Under the pieces are notes generated by a model, which saw only the letters and a program-made list of their open reading frames with translations, was not told the DNA's origin and made no database searches. A stretch of 64,000 nucleotides of DNA from the human T2T-CHM13v2.0 reference genome, Homo sapiens. Both the position numbers and the translations under genes were made by a program. This document shows, piece by piece, positions 1 to 12,219 of the stretch (position 1 is its first letter; each line of letters begins with the position of its first letter). The stretch lies in the NCBI RefSeq assembly GCF_009914755.1, contig NC_060928.1; one strand, written 5' to 3'.

Positions 1-749
1 ATTAGGGAAGCCAATTGTCAAGAAGTACAAGTCTTCTCCTAATGGTGGACCTGAACATATTATGCTCTGGACATTTGATTTCTACTATTCACTCTTAGCC
101 TCCCCTCCACAGACAGCATCTAGCCTGAACTTCTACCTGGCCTATCCTATGACAACTGCCAGCCCATCTGAATTGTACACTCCCCTCTGCCTCAGATCTT
201 TGATGGTCTATCTCGTGCCAACCTGCTTTTCTGCTCTGAGGCCCTGCTTCATAACACTTTCCAGATCTAGATCCCTTATCTTGAACTCAGTCGTGGCTTA
301 CTCATCAGCCTCCTAAGCCCTTCCTTGTCCCCACACCTGGTAGAATATCAAAGTGGAGAACCTGCCAAAACCTTAGGAAATCTTTACTCATTCAGATCAG
401 GTGGGAAGAAAGACTAATTACTAATAAAAGAGATACTATTTTTGGGAATAAAAGATATATTTTTGTATATTTTTCAAAATATACAGTAAATCCAACTGGA
501 CTATCAATGGATTTATTTGCAGCATTCCTTTGTAGCTCTGTGGCTAATGAAGGAGAAACAAGGTTTTGTGATTGAGCAAGTATTTCCAGAACAAGTGGAA
601 GCAGCCACCCATCATCCTGTCTGCTACCTGTAAAACTGCAGGTCACCACAAGTACACAATTTATTCTCCCACATTTTTGTTTTTACACATGCAATCACAC
701 AATTAATCTTATTAGAAAACCCCTGTAACAGGTTGCTCCAGGGTGAGTT

Positions 750-866
750 TCATTCATTTAGCCCCTCCCTAGTTGTGTTTAGCACCTACTACGGGCAAAA
801 TGGTTAGATGCTGTGGATGTGGCAGAGAATAAGACGGACGTGGCTCCTACCTTGGCAGCACTAACG
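750..866 (-). mobile_element. L2 LINE 3' end fragment
   Basis: cattcattt...tttagcacctactac...aataagacggacgtggctcctacc resembles the reverse complement of the L2 3' terminus. Confidence 0.6.
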
Positions 867-1049
867 TATCACAAATTCTAAATTAGCAGAGCATTAATTA
901 ATTAATTTTTTATTTTACCATGCATGGAGAAGCACAAAATTTTAACTAAAATTCTACCCAATTTCAAATCCAAGTTCAACGTTTGCTAAAAAATTAATGT
1001 TAATCACCACCATATACTCTTCTTCTACCCAATTCCCCTTTTCCTTCCC

Positions 1050-1310
1050 ACTCTAGTCCAAATATCACTTCCCAAGTGCCCTCCCTATTTCCCTAGGCAC
1101 AGTTTTGTCTCCTCGTCCTCTCTCCTTCTTCTCTTTGTATTCATCGTTAAACAGTCTATCAAAAGTTCACAAGTGGTCATTTTTGCCTACTTGCTTTCCT
1201 AATAGACTGTAACCTCCCTGAGGCATGGTTTTTCTTCCTAGAACTGTCTTCTTCCAGAGCTCCAGAGTACAACATTGCAAAAGAAGGGACTTAGGAAATA
1301 GAATTCATGT
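1050..1310 (+). mobile_element. L2 LINE 3' end fragment
   Basis: tagactgtaacctccctgaggcatgg...ccagagctccagagtacaacattgcaaaagaagggacttaggaaata is a degenerate L2 3' end. Confidence 0.55.
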
Positions 1311-2080
1311 TCTCAAATATTCCCTTGCTGTCATATGAATTCTGTCCTTACTCTCCTACACACACAATGACCATTCCCAATCCTGCTTCGGTAAGTTCAT
1401 TAAACAATTAAATTTTTGGCAAAAGGAAATGCAATAATTGCACATGTCCCATGCCTGGACGTTTAGTCAGTCAATTCGTACCTAAGGAAGTCACAGTTGT
1501 GAAGCACTGCTAGGGTGCCAAGAATTAATTACCCCCAAATAAGTTCTTGGGGAAGGACCAAGTTTCCCTCATCAACATTCAAGGCAAATGCCATCACACA
1601 AAGGGAAAGGGGAATAAAAAGCCCAGAAGTCTGAACAGGAAAGAGCATTAAAAAAGAAAGCAGGGAAATAAAAGAAGTGTATTAGAGCAGCCACACGCCT
1701 TCTTCCTCGTGCAATGCTGTAGGATGATGTATGTAAAGGGAACTTCAGTTTACATTCAAGACCTCATTCCTAGCATCAAATGCCTGGTATTTTCAAACCG
1801 AGAGCAACCTAAATACTTTTGTCATGAAAAGAGAACTTCTCCCTGTTGCAGTCATGAAATAAAGCAATACAAATAAAGCTGAGTTCACGTACAGTTGCAA
1901 AAGCCCCAGCTGAAGCCAGAATGAACAAGAGACTCCCTCTGAACCTTGACCCTCACTTGCATCTTTCCTTTGGATTCACTTATTGGTGGAGGTGGATGGA
2001 GCATGATGCTAAGGAGGCAGGTGGCAGCAGGCACAGGTGCCATCAGAACCACTGTCTGAACACACAGATCTTTTGATGTT

Positions 2081-2675
2081 TGTATTCATTTTCTCTCATT
2101 GCATCACTAATCATCAAAACTTAAGTGATTTAAAACAATGCACTTTTATTATCTCATGGTTTCTGCGGATCAGATGAGCATATCATAGCTGAATCCTCTT
2201 CTCACGGCCTTGCAAGTCTACAATCAAGATGTCAGCCAGCCTGTGTTCTCATCTGGAGCTCAGGGTCCTCTTCCAAACTCAATCAAAGTGTTAGCAATAT
2301 TCAGTTCCTTGCAGTTGTAAAACTGAGGCCCTCAGCTCCAGAGGGTCATCCTTCTTCATAGGCAGCTCACAGTATAGCTGCTTGCTTTGTCATGGCTATG
2401 AGGAGAGTATCTGTCACCTCAGGAAAGACCCACCCCCTCTTTTTAAAAGCTTTCACCTGATTAACTCAGACCCACCCAGGATTACCTCTCTTTTGATTAA
2501 CTCAAAATCAACTGATTAGGACCTTAATTTCAGCTGTAAAATCCATTCACTTTTGCTTTATCATGTAACCTAATCACAAAAGTGACATCCCATCATATTG
2601 ACATATTTTGACCACACTGAAGAGGAGGGGACTAGACAGGTGGGAATCTCAGGGGCCATCGTGATATTCTGTCGA
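2081..2675 (-). mobile_element. MLT1 (ERVL-MaLR) solo LTR, MLT1D/E/F-like
   Basis: aacttaagtgatttaaaacaa...tttattatctcatggtttctg...caatcaagatgtcagccag...ttcagttccttgcagttgtaaaactgagg...gattaactcaaaatcaactgattagg are characteristic antisense MLT1 motifs. Confidence 0.85.
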
Positions 2676-2844
2676 GAGCAATGTTGCAATTCTCACTTGA
2701 CATTCCCAGCTCCTTCTCTAGCACAGAAGGAAACAAGGAAAAATGGGTGGAGAAGGCAGGCAGGAATCCATTCTGTGGATAGAGTTAGTGGGCTGAGCCA
2801 TATGAAATTGCCAATATTTCATCATATTTAGGTCAACAGAAATA

Positions 2845-2985
2845 GATGATATACAGTCATAAATAAATATACACAGAGACACATACACATATATTTGTAT
2901 GTATACATATACATACGTAAACATAGTTTAGGGATAGGAATAGGTATAGATGATATAGAGATAGAGATAGAGATAGAGGTAGAGG
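2845..2985. repeat. Low-complexity (TACA)/(GATAGA)n tract
   Basis: acatacacatatat... and gatagagatagagatagaggtagagg seen directly. Confidence 0.8.
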
Positions 2986-5900
2986 TTCCTTTCATAAACG
3001 AGGTCTCTAAGTCTTTCTAAATCACCCTGTTGCTGGGGTACCAATGAATACGCTTTCAGTTTGGTTCATAGTATTTGTATATAAGCTGATATTTCAGTGG
3101 TTTTATGGGTAAAACAGTTGCTATTTACTCTCCATTTTCACAAGTCCTCTTTTTCACCTTCACTTTCATTTTTGCAGCAACAATGAAGTCCCAAGGAAGC
3201 AAGAAAAAAGGGAAAGCTCATCCTAGATCTGGCTTTTATTTCTGAGTCAAACTATCATCATGACTGCCTAGATCTTCAACAGCTCAGAGCTGACAATGCT
3301 ATTCTCAGTTCACAGTGGCGTGTGTGCGTGTGTGTGAGTGTAATGCACTCTTGTGTTCAGGCACTTGGGAGACTCTAGAAGGTCTTCAAAGTGCTTGTCA
3401 TTTCTGGTAGATGTGTTAAGTTGCATCTTACAGACAGTACATATGACTTGTACAAAGCCGCTCAGAGAAAGCCTTGCCCAAAGCAGAAACACACTGCAAG
3501 ATTAAAGAAAACTAATGTTCATTTCATAAGATGGGAGAACTTCAAGAAGACACCATATATTAGCTTGAAGAGAACATACCTGCTTTATTGCCAACAGTTG
3601 CTAAAGAGATGAGATTGAAGTCCATGGAGAATCCCAACAGCAGAAAGGCATGAGTTCACTGGAAGCTGATAAAGCATGCACAAATATGTGACCGTGTGCA
3701 CTTTTGTTTGATAAAATCACTGCCAATAGAGTGGTGCTGAGGCTGCAATAATTGCAATATGACTAGAACAATATGAAGCCAAAATGTCAGAATTCCAATT
3801 GTTTAAGCAAGGAAACAGTTTGTAAATGCTCTGAAAATTGGAAACCATTATTTTCATGCAATTCTGTTGGAAATAAGAATTAGAATTTGAATCACCAATA
3901 CATATGACCATTTCAAGGGCTCATGGAAAAGGAAAATTGAACATTTACTGAGAAATTGGGTCACAATGGGGTGTGATGGGGATTGGGATGGAATGAGAGG
4001 AAAGCAGCACTTTTTCACTTAAATATTTGAACCAATCGGCCAAATCTAACCCATTTTTCAGTGACTTCATGTATAACCAAAGACAATTATTTTCTCCTCT
4101 CTCTGCTTCAGTTTTATAAACATACATGAAAATGTTCATTCATTTAACAAACATCCATTAAATGCTAAACATAGGCAGTCCAGGCATTGGTGTGCTCTTG
4201 GCCTATTCAGAAGGAGTGCCACAGCCAGAGGGGCAATAACAGGGAAAAGTTATCACAAAATTGTGGGGAAAAGGAAAATTGAGACATGATACCATGAAAG
4301 ATCCTTCCTGAAGCCCACAAGAGTTATGAATATACTGTATCATTGGAAACTAGACAGGCCCCAATAGAATTTTTAAGTTATTTCAACTTTTGTTACTGTT
4401 CAAATTGAGATAAAATTTGTTTATTTTATGACTCCTAAGGTTAAGACAATGAATAACACACCTGAGAAATATCAGAGGACAAATTACACCAATAGATCTA
4501 AATGGTTGACTCAGATATCAATGATCTCAAATGACATTAGGAGCTGTTTCATAGCAATTCTCGTATTAACATTCTCCATCTTGGGTCGAGTCATAGGAAC
4601 TGGGATTTCCATTGTTCTCACTCCTTTTAGTGGAGAAGAAAGGGGGTTTCCAGGAGAGGAAATTGTAGGAACAGGAAGGAAGAGAACAGAGATAGCAAAG
4701 TGTCTACAGAGATTAGGGTAGTAACATAAGTGAATGAAGATCCCAAGGCGTGAGGGCAGAGCTGCGATGTATTGGAGAGCGTGGGCAGTTGCCCTTTCCA
4801 CATCAGCCCTTTATCGCCATGTGAAAGGTACGCAAAGAGGTTAAATCTTCTGATCTTTTAAAAGACAGTCCAATGCATTATGTAAAATTTTTGAAACTCT
4901 GGCAACCAATTAAAAAATTTAGGCAGTATTTGGATCAAAGAAAAAAACCAGGTAACCAGTTGTGACTTCAACAGTAGAACAGAAAATATGAAGACACTCA
5001 AATCCTAACACTGTATGTGAAATTAGCCTAAGATAGTAATTCCTGAGAACTAAAAGGGCTCTGAAGAAATGAATGATGAGGGTGAGTTTTGTTGGGAAAG
5101 CTAAGACTCCATGGCAGGGGAGGGGATTTGAGGGTAATGGAGAATGTTTTGTACATAATAGTGTACACCAGACAGATCAAAAAAAGATGGTTAAGCAAAC
5201 AGAGAGATAGCGCACATACAGAGAGAGGGAAAGAGAGACTACAAAGCAACAAGGAAAGAGAGAAATTAAGGCAGAAATGGGTGTCTCAGAAAAGTAAATA
5301 TACTTCTTCTAAATTTGTACTTAGAATATTTTTCCTAATAAAACAGTTTTTAGCAATCTTTACTGACAACAAGGACATCATTATTTACAGCATTCAGCAT
5401 ACTTTATGATGTTCAACTTTTGGGTGTGTTAAAGATGAATGGGACCCTAGAAAAAAAACTTATTATTCCTAGGATTAAATACTTAACAAATGGCAAAAGT
5501 GTCTAAGGACAGTTGTGAAAGTATGATAGCTTTGGGACAAATATATTTTTCCCTTGCAAAAAAACTTGAAGTTAAAAGGATAAAATATTCATAAATGTGC
5601 TTTAGCCCTTTGGAGGAAAATAGACACATTCACTTATACTCAGTCTTATACATGAACACATATGCTTCCTGTCTCAGAAAGAGATATATTCAGCTGGAAG
5701 CCCTAAAAGTTCCAGAACTCTAAGGGTCAAGTTATAGCATCATAAAAATGATAAATCTCCATTTGTGAAAATAATTTTCCATTTATGAAGAAAATTAAGG
5801 GACTTGGCCCACTCCTGAGGTATGAATATAAATAGATATTTATAGCAATCATGTGTCCCTTCCAAACATTATTTCAATTTTTACAAAATCCGTTGGGATT

Positions 5901-6539
5901 TAGACCCAACTATTTCAATAAAGACTTGATATAGAACTATTCTCAGTTCTTCTTGCTTTTTCTCCCTGAACAGGTACAGTTTTCTTTTTTCTTTTTTAAC
6001 AACAGTCAGTAAAAGTGTTTAAAATGTCACCAGTTACTTTTTCAAATTTCTATCCAGATAAGTCATATTTTGAAAATGACAACTAGTCTTTCTGCATATA
6101 GCCATTTTAGAAGTTTTACAGCTTATCCAATTTAATTCAGAGGGTAGATGGGTGAGGGTTTGGATGTGGGGTGAGGGTGATGAGGGGGGGCAAACCATGC
6201 CTCACCCTGCCCATAAATGCCAATCAACCTCAAGGCAGAGGCACAAGTCTCCATTTTTCAAATGTCAGTATGTCTTCTAATAAAAAAAATATATGGGGCC
6301 AAGCGACTATATAGTTCTCATTCCTCACGATCTCATTTTCAAATGTTCCTGATCTTTCATCTCTTGCTTATGTTTTCTGATGGAATGACAAAACCTCCAG
6401 CACATTCAAGTTCACATCCCAAATCTCTGATAAAGCCTTACTGACACTTTCACTCTTTTTTTTTCACCACTAAAGATCTCCCCCATTTCCCCCACCTGGG
6501 GGACCTCACCTCATTTTAAAGTTTTCTTTTTTGCAATCA

Positions 6540-7320
6540 AAAATAGATTTTAATCAAGTATAGCATTGTAAGAAAAAAGTAGATAAGCAAAAAAAGTAAT
6601 TAAAACATTGAAAATTGTATTTCCATATACCAGGGATACACCTAGGTATTATTTTTCTATGTGTGAGTATATATTTATGCTCATCATATTTGAACAAACA
6701 ATAGAATGATACTATTTTGCAACCTCATGTTTCACTTAAATTATTGTGAATACTCTTCTTCCACTAAATATCATCCACATGGTTCTTAATAGCCAAATAA
6801 CACAATAGCCCTTGTACCTATATGCTATAATATATTTAGGCAATCCAATTTTTCCCTATTATAAACAATGCTGTGAAGAACATCTTTCCAACCAAATCTT
6901 TGGACATATTCCTACATATAATCCTAGGCTAGATTCCTAAAAACAGCACCAGCAATAATAATAGAAATAATTATATTTATTGAGGTGTTACTTTATGTCA
7001 GGTTCTGGCTAAACACTTTCATACATTGTCTCATTTAATCTTTAAACTAACTCCAGTTTTACAGGTTAGAAAACTGAGATATAATGATTGACAAGTAATT
7101 TGTCTTAGGAAGTACTATTTCTAGATCTCCAAGACCTGGCTGAATTCCAAATTCATTCACACTCTTCTACTACCCTGAGGGTAAAATTTCAGCTCAAACA
7201 ATATCCACATTTCAAAGTATTCTGATGAGACACTAAACAGCCCTCCAGTTACAACAAAGTCCACTAACTCCGTGTATCTAAGGGTTGAGTTTTCCCAGCA
7301 CTGTCCAGAAACATCTTACC
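6540..7320 (-). mobile_element. Old L1 (L1ME-like) fragment interrupted by a MIR
   Basis: ccaatttttccctattataaacaatgctgtgaagaacatc...ctaggctagattcctaaaa resumes after the MIR as ggtaaaatttcagctcaaaca...cagccctccag, matching antisense old L1. Confidence 0.65.
6955..7175 (-). mobile_element. MIR SINE
   Basis: atttattgaggtgttactttatgtcagg...tctcatttaatc...ttttacaggttagaaaactgag (antisense MIR core). Confidence 0.8.
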
Positions 7321-9084
7321 AACACCACCAACACAATTTAAACACTGCCTTTAAGTTAGCTTTAACACCTCAGAAAATGGGGCTATAAAAATAAGCAAAA
7401 GACCTGGGACTCAAATTGAACATAAAAGTTGTTGCAGATATTGTTTCTTGACAAACAGCCTCTCCAAACCACATAAATTGTCCAAAACCTCTTAAACCTT
7501 TGCTCTACATCACCCACATAGGACTGCAAAGGGAATACCACAAAAGAACTACAGGCTAATTGAAAAATCATTCACTTGAGATGCTGTAAGGATCATGCTC
7601 CATTTCTACAGACATATATAGAAACTGGAAACACGTGGAGTCCTTACTGACCTGAGCAACTGGCTAATCAGCACACTCATAGAGAAATTATCTCATTTTT
7701 CCTACCTTGCATGGCTGGATTCATATTTAATAATTCATGGGAGAATGAAAAATAAAATCTCTGCAGGGGAGATCAGGTATCCAAACTCCATCCACTCCTT
7801 CATCTTGGCTTCTTCCCTTTCAAAGAGGAACTGCAATATTGACCGACAAGCCAGTCTACCACCCAAAAGCTGATGTTTCTAAAACCTATTGTTCAAAGAT
7901 CATTATCATGGTTTTCCATTAGCAGGACTAAGAAATCGCTTTCCTAAATAATCCTGTCAATGGCTTAAAAATATATTTATTTTTGGAAGAAAGGCTCAAT
8001 ACGGCACTGGCAAGGGGATTATATTGATCCTCATTTTGGAGGATTTTTCCCCTTGCTTTTTTTGAGGGACAATTAATATTGACTGTACCTATCATTAATT
8101 TTCCACAGTCAGCCAGGGCTTTTAGGTTTTATAAGTATAACATCAATACAGACTGTCTTAGAAACTCTTATTTATTCCATGTTTTTCTCCTGTATTCAAT
8201 GTTCTCTATCCCCACAAGACAATGCTTCACAGGTTTAAGCAATCTGCTACTAGAGAATTCAATGCTTGCAAGGAGATGGGCTCCCCTTATCTTTCCAAAG
8301 AGATCGGGATGTGAGTAAAAGGCAGTGATTTCACAGCTCCTCTGTCCTGGGGAGTGGGGAGTGGGTGTTGAAGGCAGAGATGAGAAAGGGAAGGGGGGAC
8401 AGAGGAGGCGCCTTCCTCATCCTCATTCCGGAGCTCAATTTCTCACACCCCTTGTCTCCGAAGCCTCCATGAGCACAGGGGCATCTGGACATGCATTTTT
8501 CTCCCCACGGTGAGCATCAGTACTTTGTACTTTTCTTCGTGAAATACCTGTTTCTCTTCATTCTGTCAAGAATCCCTACAAGAACACCGAGGGTGCTGTT
8601 ACGAGTTAAAACCCTGCCTCTGTGGTTCTGCTCAGGCCAGTGTGGCAGTTGGCTTAGCATTGGTGAGGCTGCAAAAACATGAGGGCTTCCAGTCAACTGC
8701 CCAGTCTTCTTGGCAACGACCTGTGTATCTCTGGGCATGAAAGCCCTTCGTGACCTCTGAAGTGCCACCAAAATGTGTTGGCCTTGAAGCAGGGTTCCTG
8801 GCCCATAGCAGGCAAGCAGTGTTCCCCTCCTCTGGCCCTCTGGCCCTTGCAGGCACAGGAGAAATGCAGAGGCTCTGCGGACTGTGCAGCTGCCTCCAGG
8901 GGACTACGGACCACCCATCACCAAGAGTCTCCTCACCCAGGAACATCCCTCCTCCAGCATTCTATCCTATCTCAGACAGGCTTACGCTGGGTAGTGGCCA
9001 CTCAGGTCTTCCAAAGCCCACGGCTAAGAAGCACACAGGTCACTTGCTGGCCCTCTCACTGAGCAGATGTCCTAACAGTGATAT

Positions 9085-9200
9085 GTTTATTCATTCCTTC
9101 CTCAGTGATGTACTTAGAGCTGATTCTCAGCCAGGTACCAAGTAACAACCAAAGATATTTGTCCAGTTCTCAAGAAGCTCACAGTACATATTATCTAGTG
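9085..9200 (-). mobile_element. L2 3' end fragment
   Basis: ttattcattccttc...cagccaggtacc...gttctcaagaagctcacagt. Confidence 0.5.
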
Positions 9201-9309
9201 GGGTAGGGAGGGTGAGAAGTGGGGGGCATAGATATATCACAAAAAATGTGATACAGTTAGTGTTAGGAGTAAGTATAACATGTACCTGTTTATTCATATT
9301 AGAAGAAAG

Positions 9310-9510
9310 GGCTGCTCTATTTACAAGCTAGGTTATCTTGGGCAAGTTCCTAAACCTCTCTGTGCCACATTCATCACCTCTAAAAGGAAGCTAATAACAA
9401 CTGTCCTACCTTAAAGCATTCTTAGGAAGATTAAACAAGGCAATACAGGAGAAGTGTTCAGCACAGCGCCTGACAGTAAGCATCAGATGTGTTCAATGTC
9501 ACTAGCATTA
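9310..9510 (+). mobile_element. MIR SINE
   Basis: atcttgggcaagttcctaaacctctctgtgcc...gaagattaaacaagg...agtgttcagcacagcgcctgac. Confidence 0.8.
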
Positions 9511-10044
9511 GCATCCCTGTCTCAGTTCACCTATAGCTGGGATGAGTAGTGGGGAGCCCATTAAAATGGGCCCCCAATGCAGAATGGAGCAGAGAGGTCA
9601 GAGAAGCCCTTGCTAAATAGATGATGCAAGAGCTCTGTCTTTAAGAAAGGCCACTTAGTACAATGTGGCCAGCATGGGAGTGATGGTAAGAACTGAGACA
9701 GGAGAGGCGAGGAGTGGCCAGTGCTAGGGAAGACAGTGGTGTGAGAAGGTACCTGGCTGAGGGGCCAGGTCAGGCTGCAAAGGAGAATGAGAGGGCTGAG
9801 CTACAGGTGGATGGATGAGCATGCAGGTGAAGGAATCCTTGCTCCTTGGCACAGCAAGCTCTCTTTTGCTCTTTCTGCCTGGCTCTCTGTATCTCACTCC
9901 CTGAGCATCTTCTCGCTGCCCCTCAAAGTTTCTTTCCTTCCTCCTTTGTTGCTTTTTTTGTCAGTCTCTATCACTGGACCGATGTGTCTGTTCTCTCCCT
10001 TCTCTCTCCAACTATGTCTTTCCCTCCCCGAGTGCCTCCCTCTC

Positions 10045-10250
10045 ACCCTGCTCTCTTTTCCCATAGCGCTCACTGCCTCCCCACATACATATCGGTTACT
10101 TACTGTGCCTGTCACTTCATGTTGGACCCTCTCCCTTGCCAACTGTGATGTAAGTGCCACGGGGCTGGGGTTTTCTCCTTGTCTGCTTCCTGACAGATTC
10201 CAAGCACCTAGCAAAGCATGTGGCACATGAGAGGTAATCCAGCATTCGTT
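10045..10250 (+). mobile_element. L2 3' end fragment
   Basis: ccatagcgctcactg...gatgtaagtgccacggggctgggg...ccaagcacctagcaaagcatgtggcacat. Confidence 0.65.
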
Positions 10251-10321
10251 GTGATGGTGGTAATGGTGAGCAATGAGCCAGGGAGGTGAAGGTGAGACAG
10301 GAGCAGGGCCTCCCTCCCTTA

Positions 10322-10582
10322 ACAGGAATCAGAACCCCTAATTTGGAGTTGGTGTCACCAGTTGCCTCAGATTAGAAAGGAGCCAGAGTCCCGGGCAATA
10401 AGGATAGGGATCGGGTCCCAGCCCACATGACCACTCAGTTCTGCTGTGGCTCAGGCCACGTGTCCCTTTCAATGCCAAATGGATATGAACCCGAAGCAAG
10501 AAATAAACCTTTCCTCTTTTAAAGATTGAAATTTCAGGGTTGTTTGTTAACTGTATCAGAACCTAATCCCTCCTGACATATA
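10322..10582 (+). mobile_element. MLT1 solo LTR fragment
   Basis: 3' end agcaagaaataaacctt...aaagattgaaatttcagggttgtttgttaactgtatcagaacctaatccctcctgacata matches the MLT1 terminus; 5' boundary uncertain. Confidence 0.65.
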
Positions 10583-11364
10583 AAACTAAAAATAATCCAG
10601 CAACTGTACTTGAAATTGGGATGAATAAGACATGTGCCTTAACCTCTAGGAGCTTAATATTTTGAGACATGATAGGAAGAAAAATTTGAAGGCAACACTT
10701 AAAATGCTAATTAAAATCTTTTATAATGTACTGTTAATTTCTCAATTCTACTATAAGTATTTTTAGTTAATACTATTTTATGATACATATGTATCATTAA
10801 TCATGATTTTTGTATGGTTATTATATTAGATATACTTTGGAGGATTTTACTCCTTTCGTATTTAAGAGTACTGACAAATACTTGCCATAGGTTTGCATTA
10901 GTCATCACTGTTATGATGAATATTTAAGATCAAATTCATTTTGATTCTGTTTGATTCCTTTGTCAGGAAGTTACAGGAAAAACTCAAACTGGCTTAAGTT
11001 ATAAAAAAGTTTAATATCTCACATATATGAAAGTTGAAGCCTAAGTTAACAGAAAATAGACAGGTTTGGAAAAAAAACAGATAAGGGCCAACTGAGATCC
11101 TCACCAAAAAGTAGAGAAAGACAGAGACCAGTGGCCCCTTGGTGCCACACACAGGCTCCCTGCTGTAGTGTTCAGGACACTCCTGTCTGTGCACTGCAGA
11201 GTTTTCCAGCTGTGATACCGCAAGGATATAGTAGTTGATATCACAGAAAACATATACTCCTGGGGCCATAGGCTTAAGTTCCATTTCCCTTTGACACTTA
11301 AAATAGAGATAATATCGTCACTAGCCAAGAGAAACTAAGACAGGTCAATAAAAGCATCCCCTTA

Positions 11365-11565
11365 CCTTTAAGCAAACATCTGTTGAGCTCCTATTCTAGC
11401 CAGAGATTGTCCTGTATCCTCTGGCTGCATCAAAGCTGGATCACACAGGGATTCTGTCCAGAGGCATTAATAACCCCCAAACACTGGAATACAAGGTAGA
11501 AATACTAAGTGGCAAAAGAAAAGTGAAGAAAAACATGAGGGCTGATCAGAGAAGGTGGTATCCCT
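11365..11565 (-). mobile_element. L2 fragment
   Basis: agcaaacatctgttgagctcctattctagccagagattgtcct. Confidence 0.5.
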
Positions 11566-11869
11566 GATAATTGATAGCTGAGATTGTTCTGTTACAAACC
11601 TTCAAAGCAGATGGAAAGCTTCTTTGAGGAACTCATTCCAAAGTGTAGCCAACTAAAGCTGCAGATTTTGTCCTGGGCTGTCCATACTGCAAACATGGGC
11701 ATGATTCGCTAGTTTTTGCCTTCTGGGTGTAGTCAACAGCTAAAAGTAACGGGACAACCCACATGTACCAGGAAGACTAGAATAAGAGATGGCAAACAGC
11801 CTGTGTTCTGGTGTAACTCATTGATGGACACCTTACTAAGTTCAGGGTTAGGCTTCTGATCCTGCCAGG

Positions 11870-12082
11870 ATTAGCATTTACAAAGCACACTCTATGTGCC
11901 ACTTCCTTGCCCAGACATTTTACATGACTTATCTCACGTAATCCTCCCCATGAGCACACTTCACAGACGTAGAAACTGAGGCTGAGTGATTAAGTCAAGT
12001 CACACAGTGGGTGAATGATGAAACCAGCTTTGGAATGCAATGTGCGTCTGATTCCACGGACCACATTCCTTCCACTACATCA
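11870..12082 (-). mobile_element. MIR SINE
   Basis: ctatgtgcc...ttttacatgacttatctcacgtaatcctc...acagacgtagaaactgaggctgagtgattaagtcaagtcacacag. Confidence 0.8.
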
Positions 12083-12164
12083 GCAGTCAGTTCTTCCCTG
12101 GCTTACTTCACATGAAGCAGTTCCCATCTCCTTCCACCTTCACTGTCTGCCTGTATTGTCCTAG

Positions 12165-12219
12165 TTGGGTTTTGCCTTTTCTCAACAGCCTTGGGTTTTG
12201 CCTTTTCTCAACAGCCTTG
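12165..12219. repeat. Perfect 26-bp tandem duplication
   Basis: TTGGGTTTTGCCTTTTCTCAACAGCC at 12165-12190 and 12191-12216, followed by TTG. Confidence 0.95.

Noticed and set aside
4750-4975. Possible hAT transposon remnant
   Set aside because: Only vague similarity near ggcaaccaattaaaaaattt...ccagttgtgac; cannot be supported without an alignment.
8548-8575. 28-nt minus-strand microexon candidate
   Set aside because: Donor GTATTT and the pyrimidine tract are weak.
9787-10230. 147-aa Leu/Ser/Pro-rich ORF that looks membrane-like
   Set aside because: Results from a CT-rich low-complexity tract plus L2 sequence.
12165-12219. Direct repeats as a CRISPR-like array
   Set aside because: Only two adjacent copies, no spacers, no cas genes, mammalian context.
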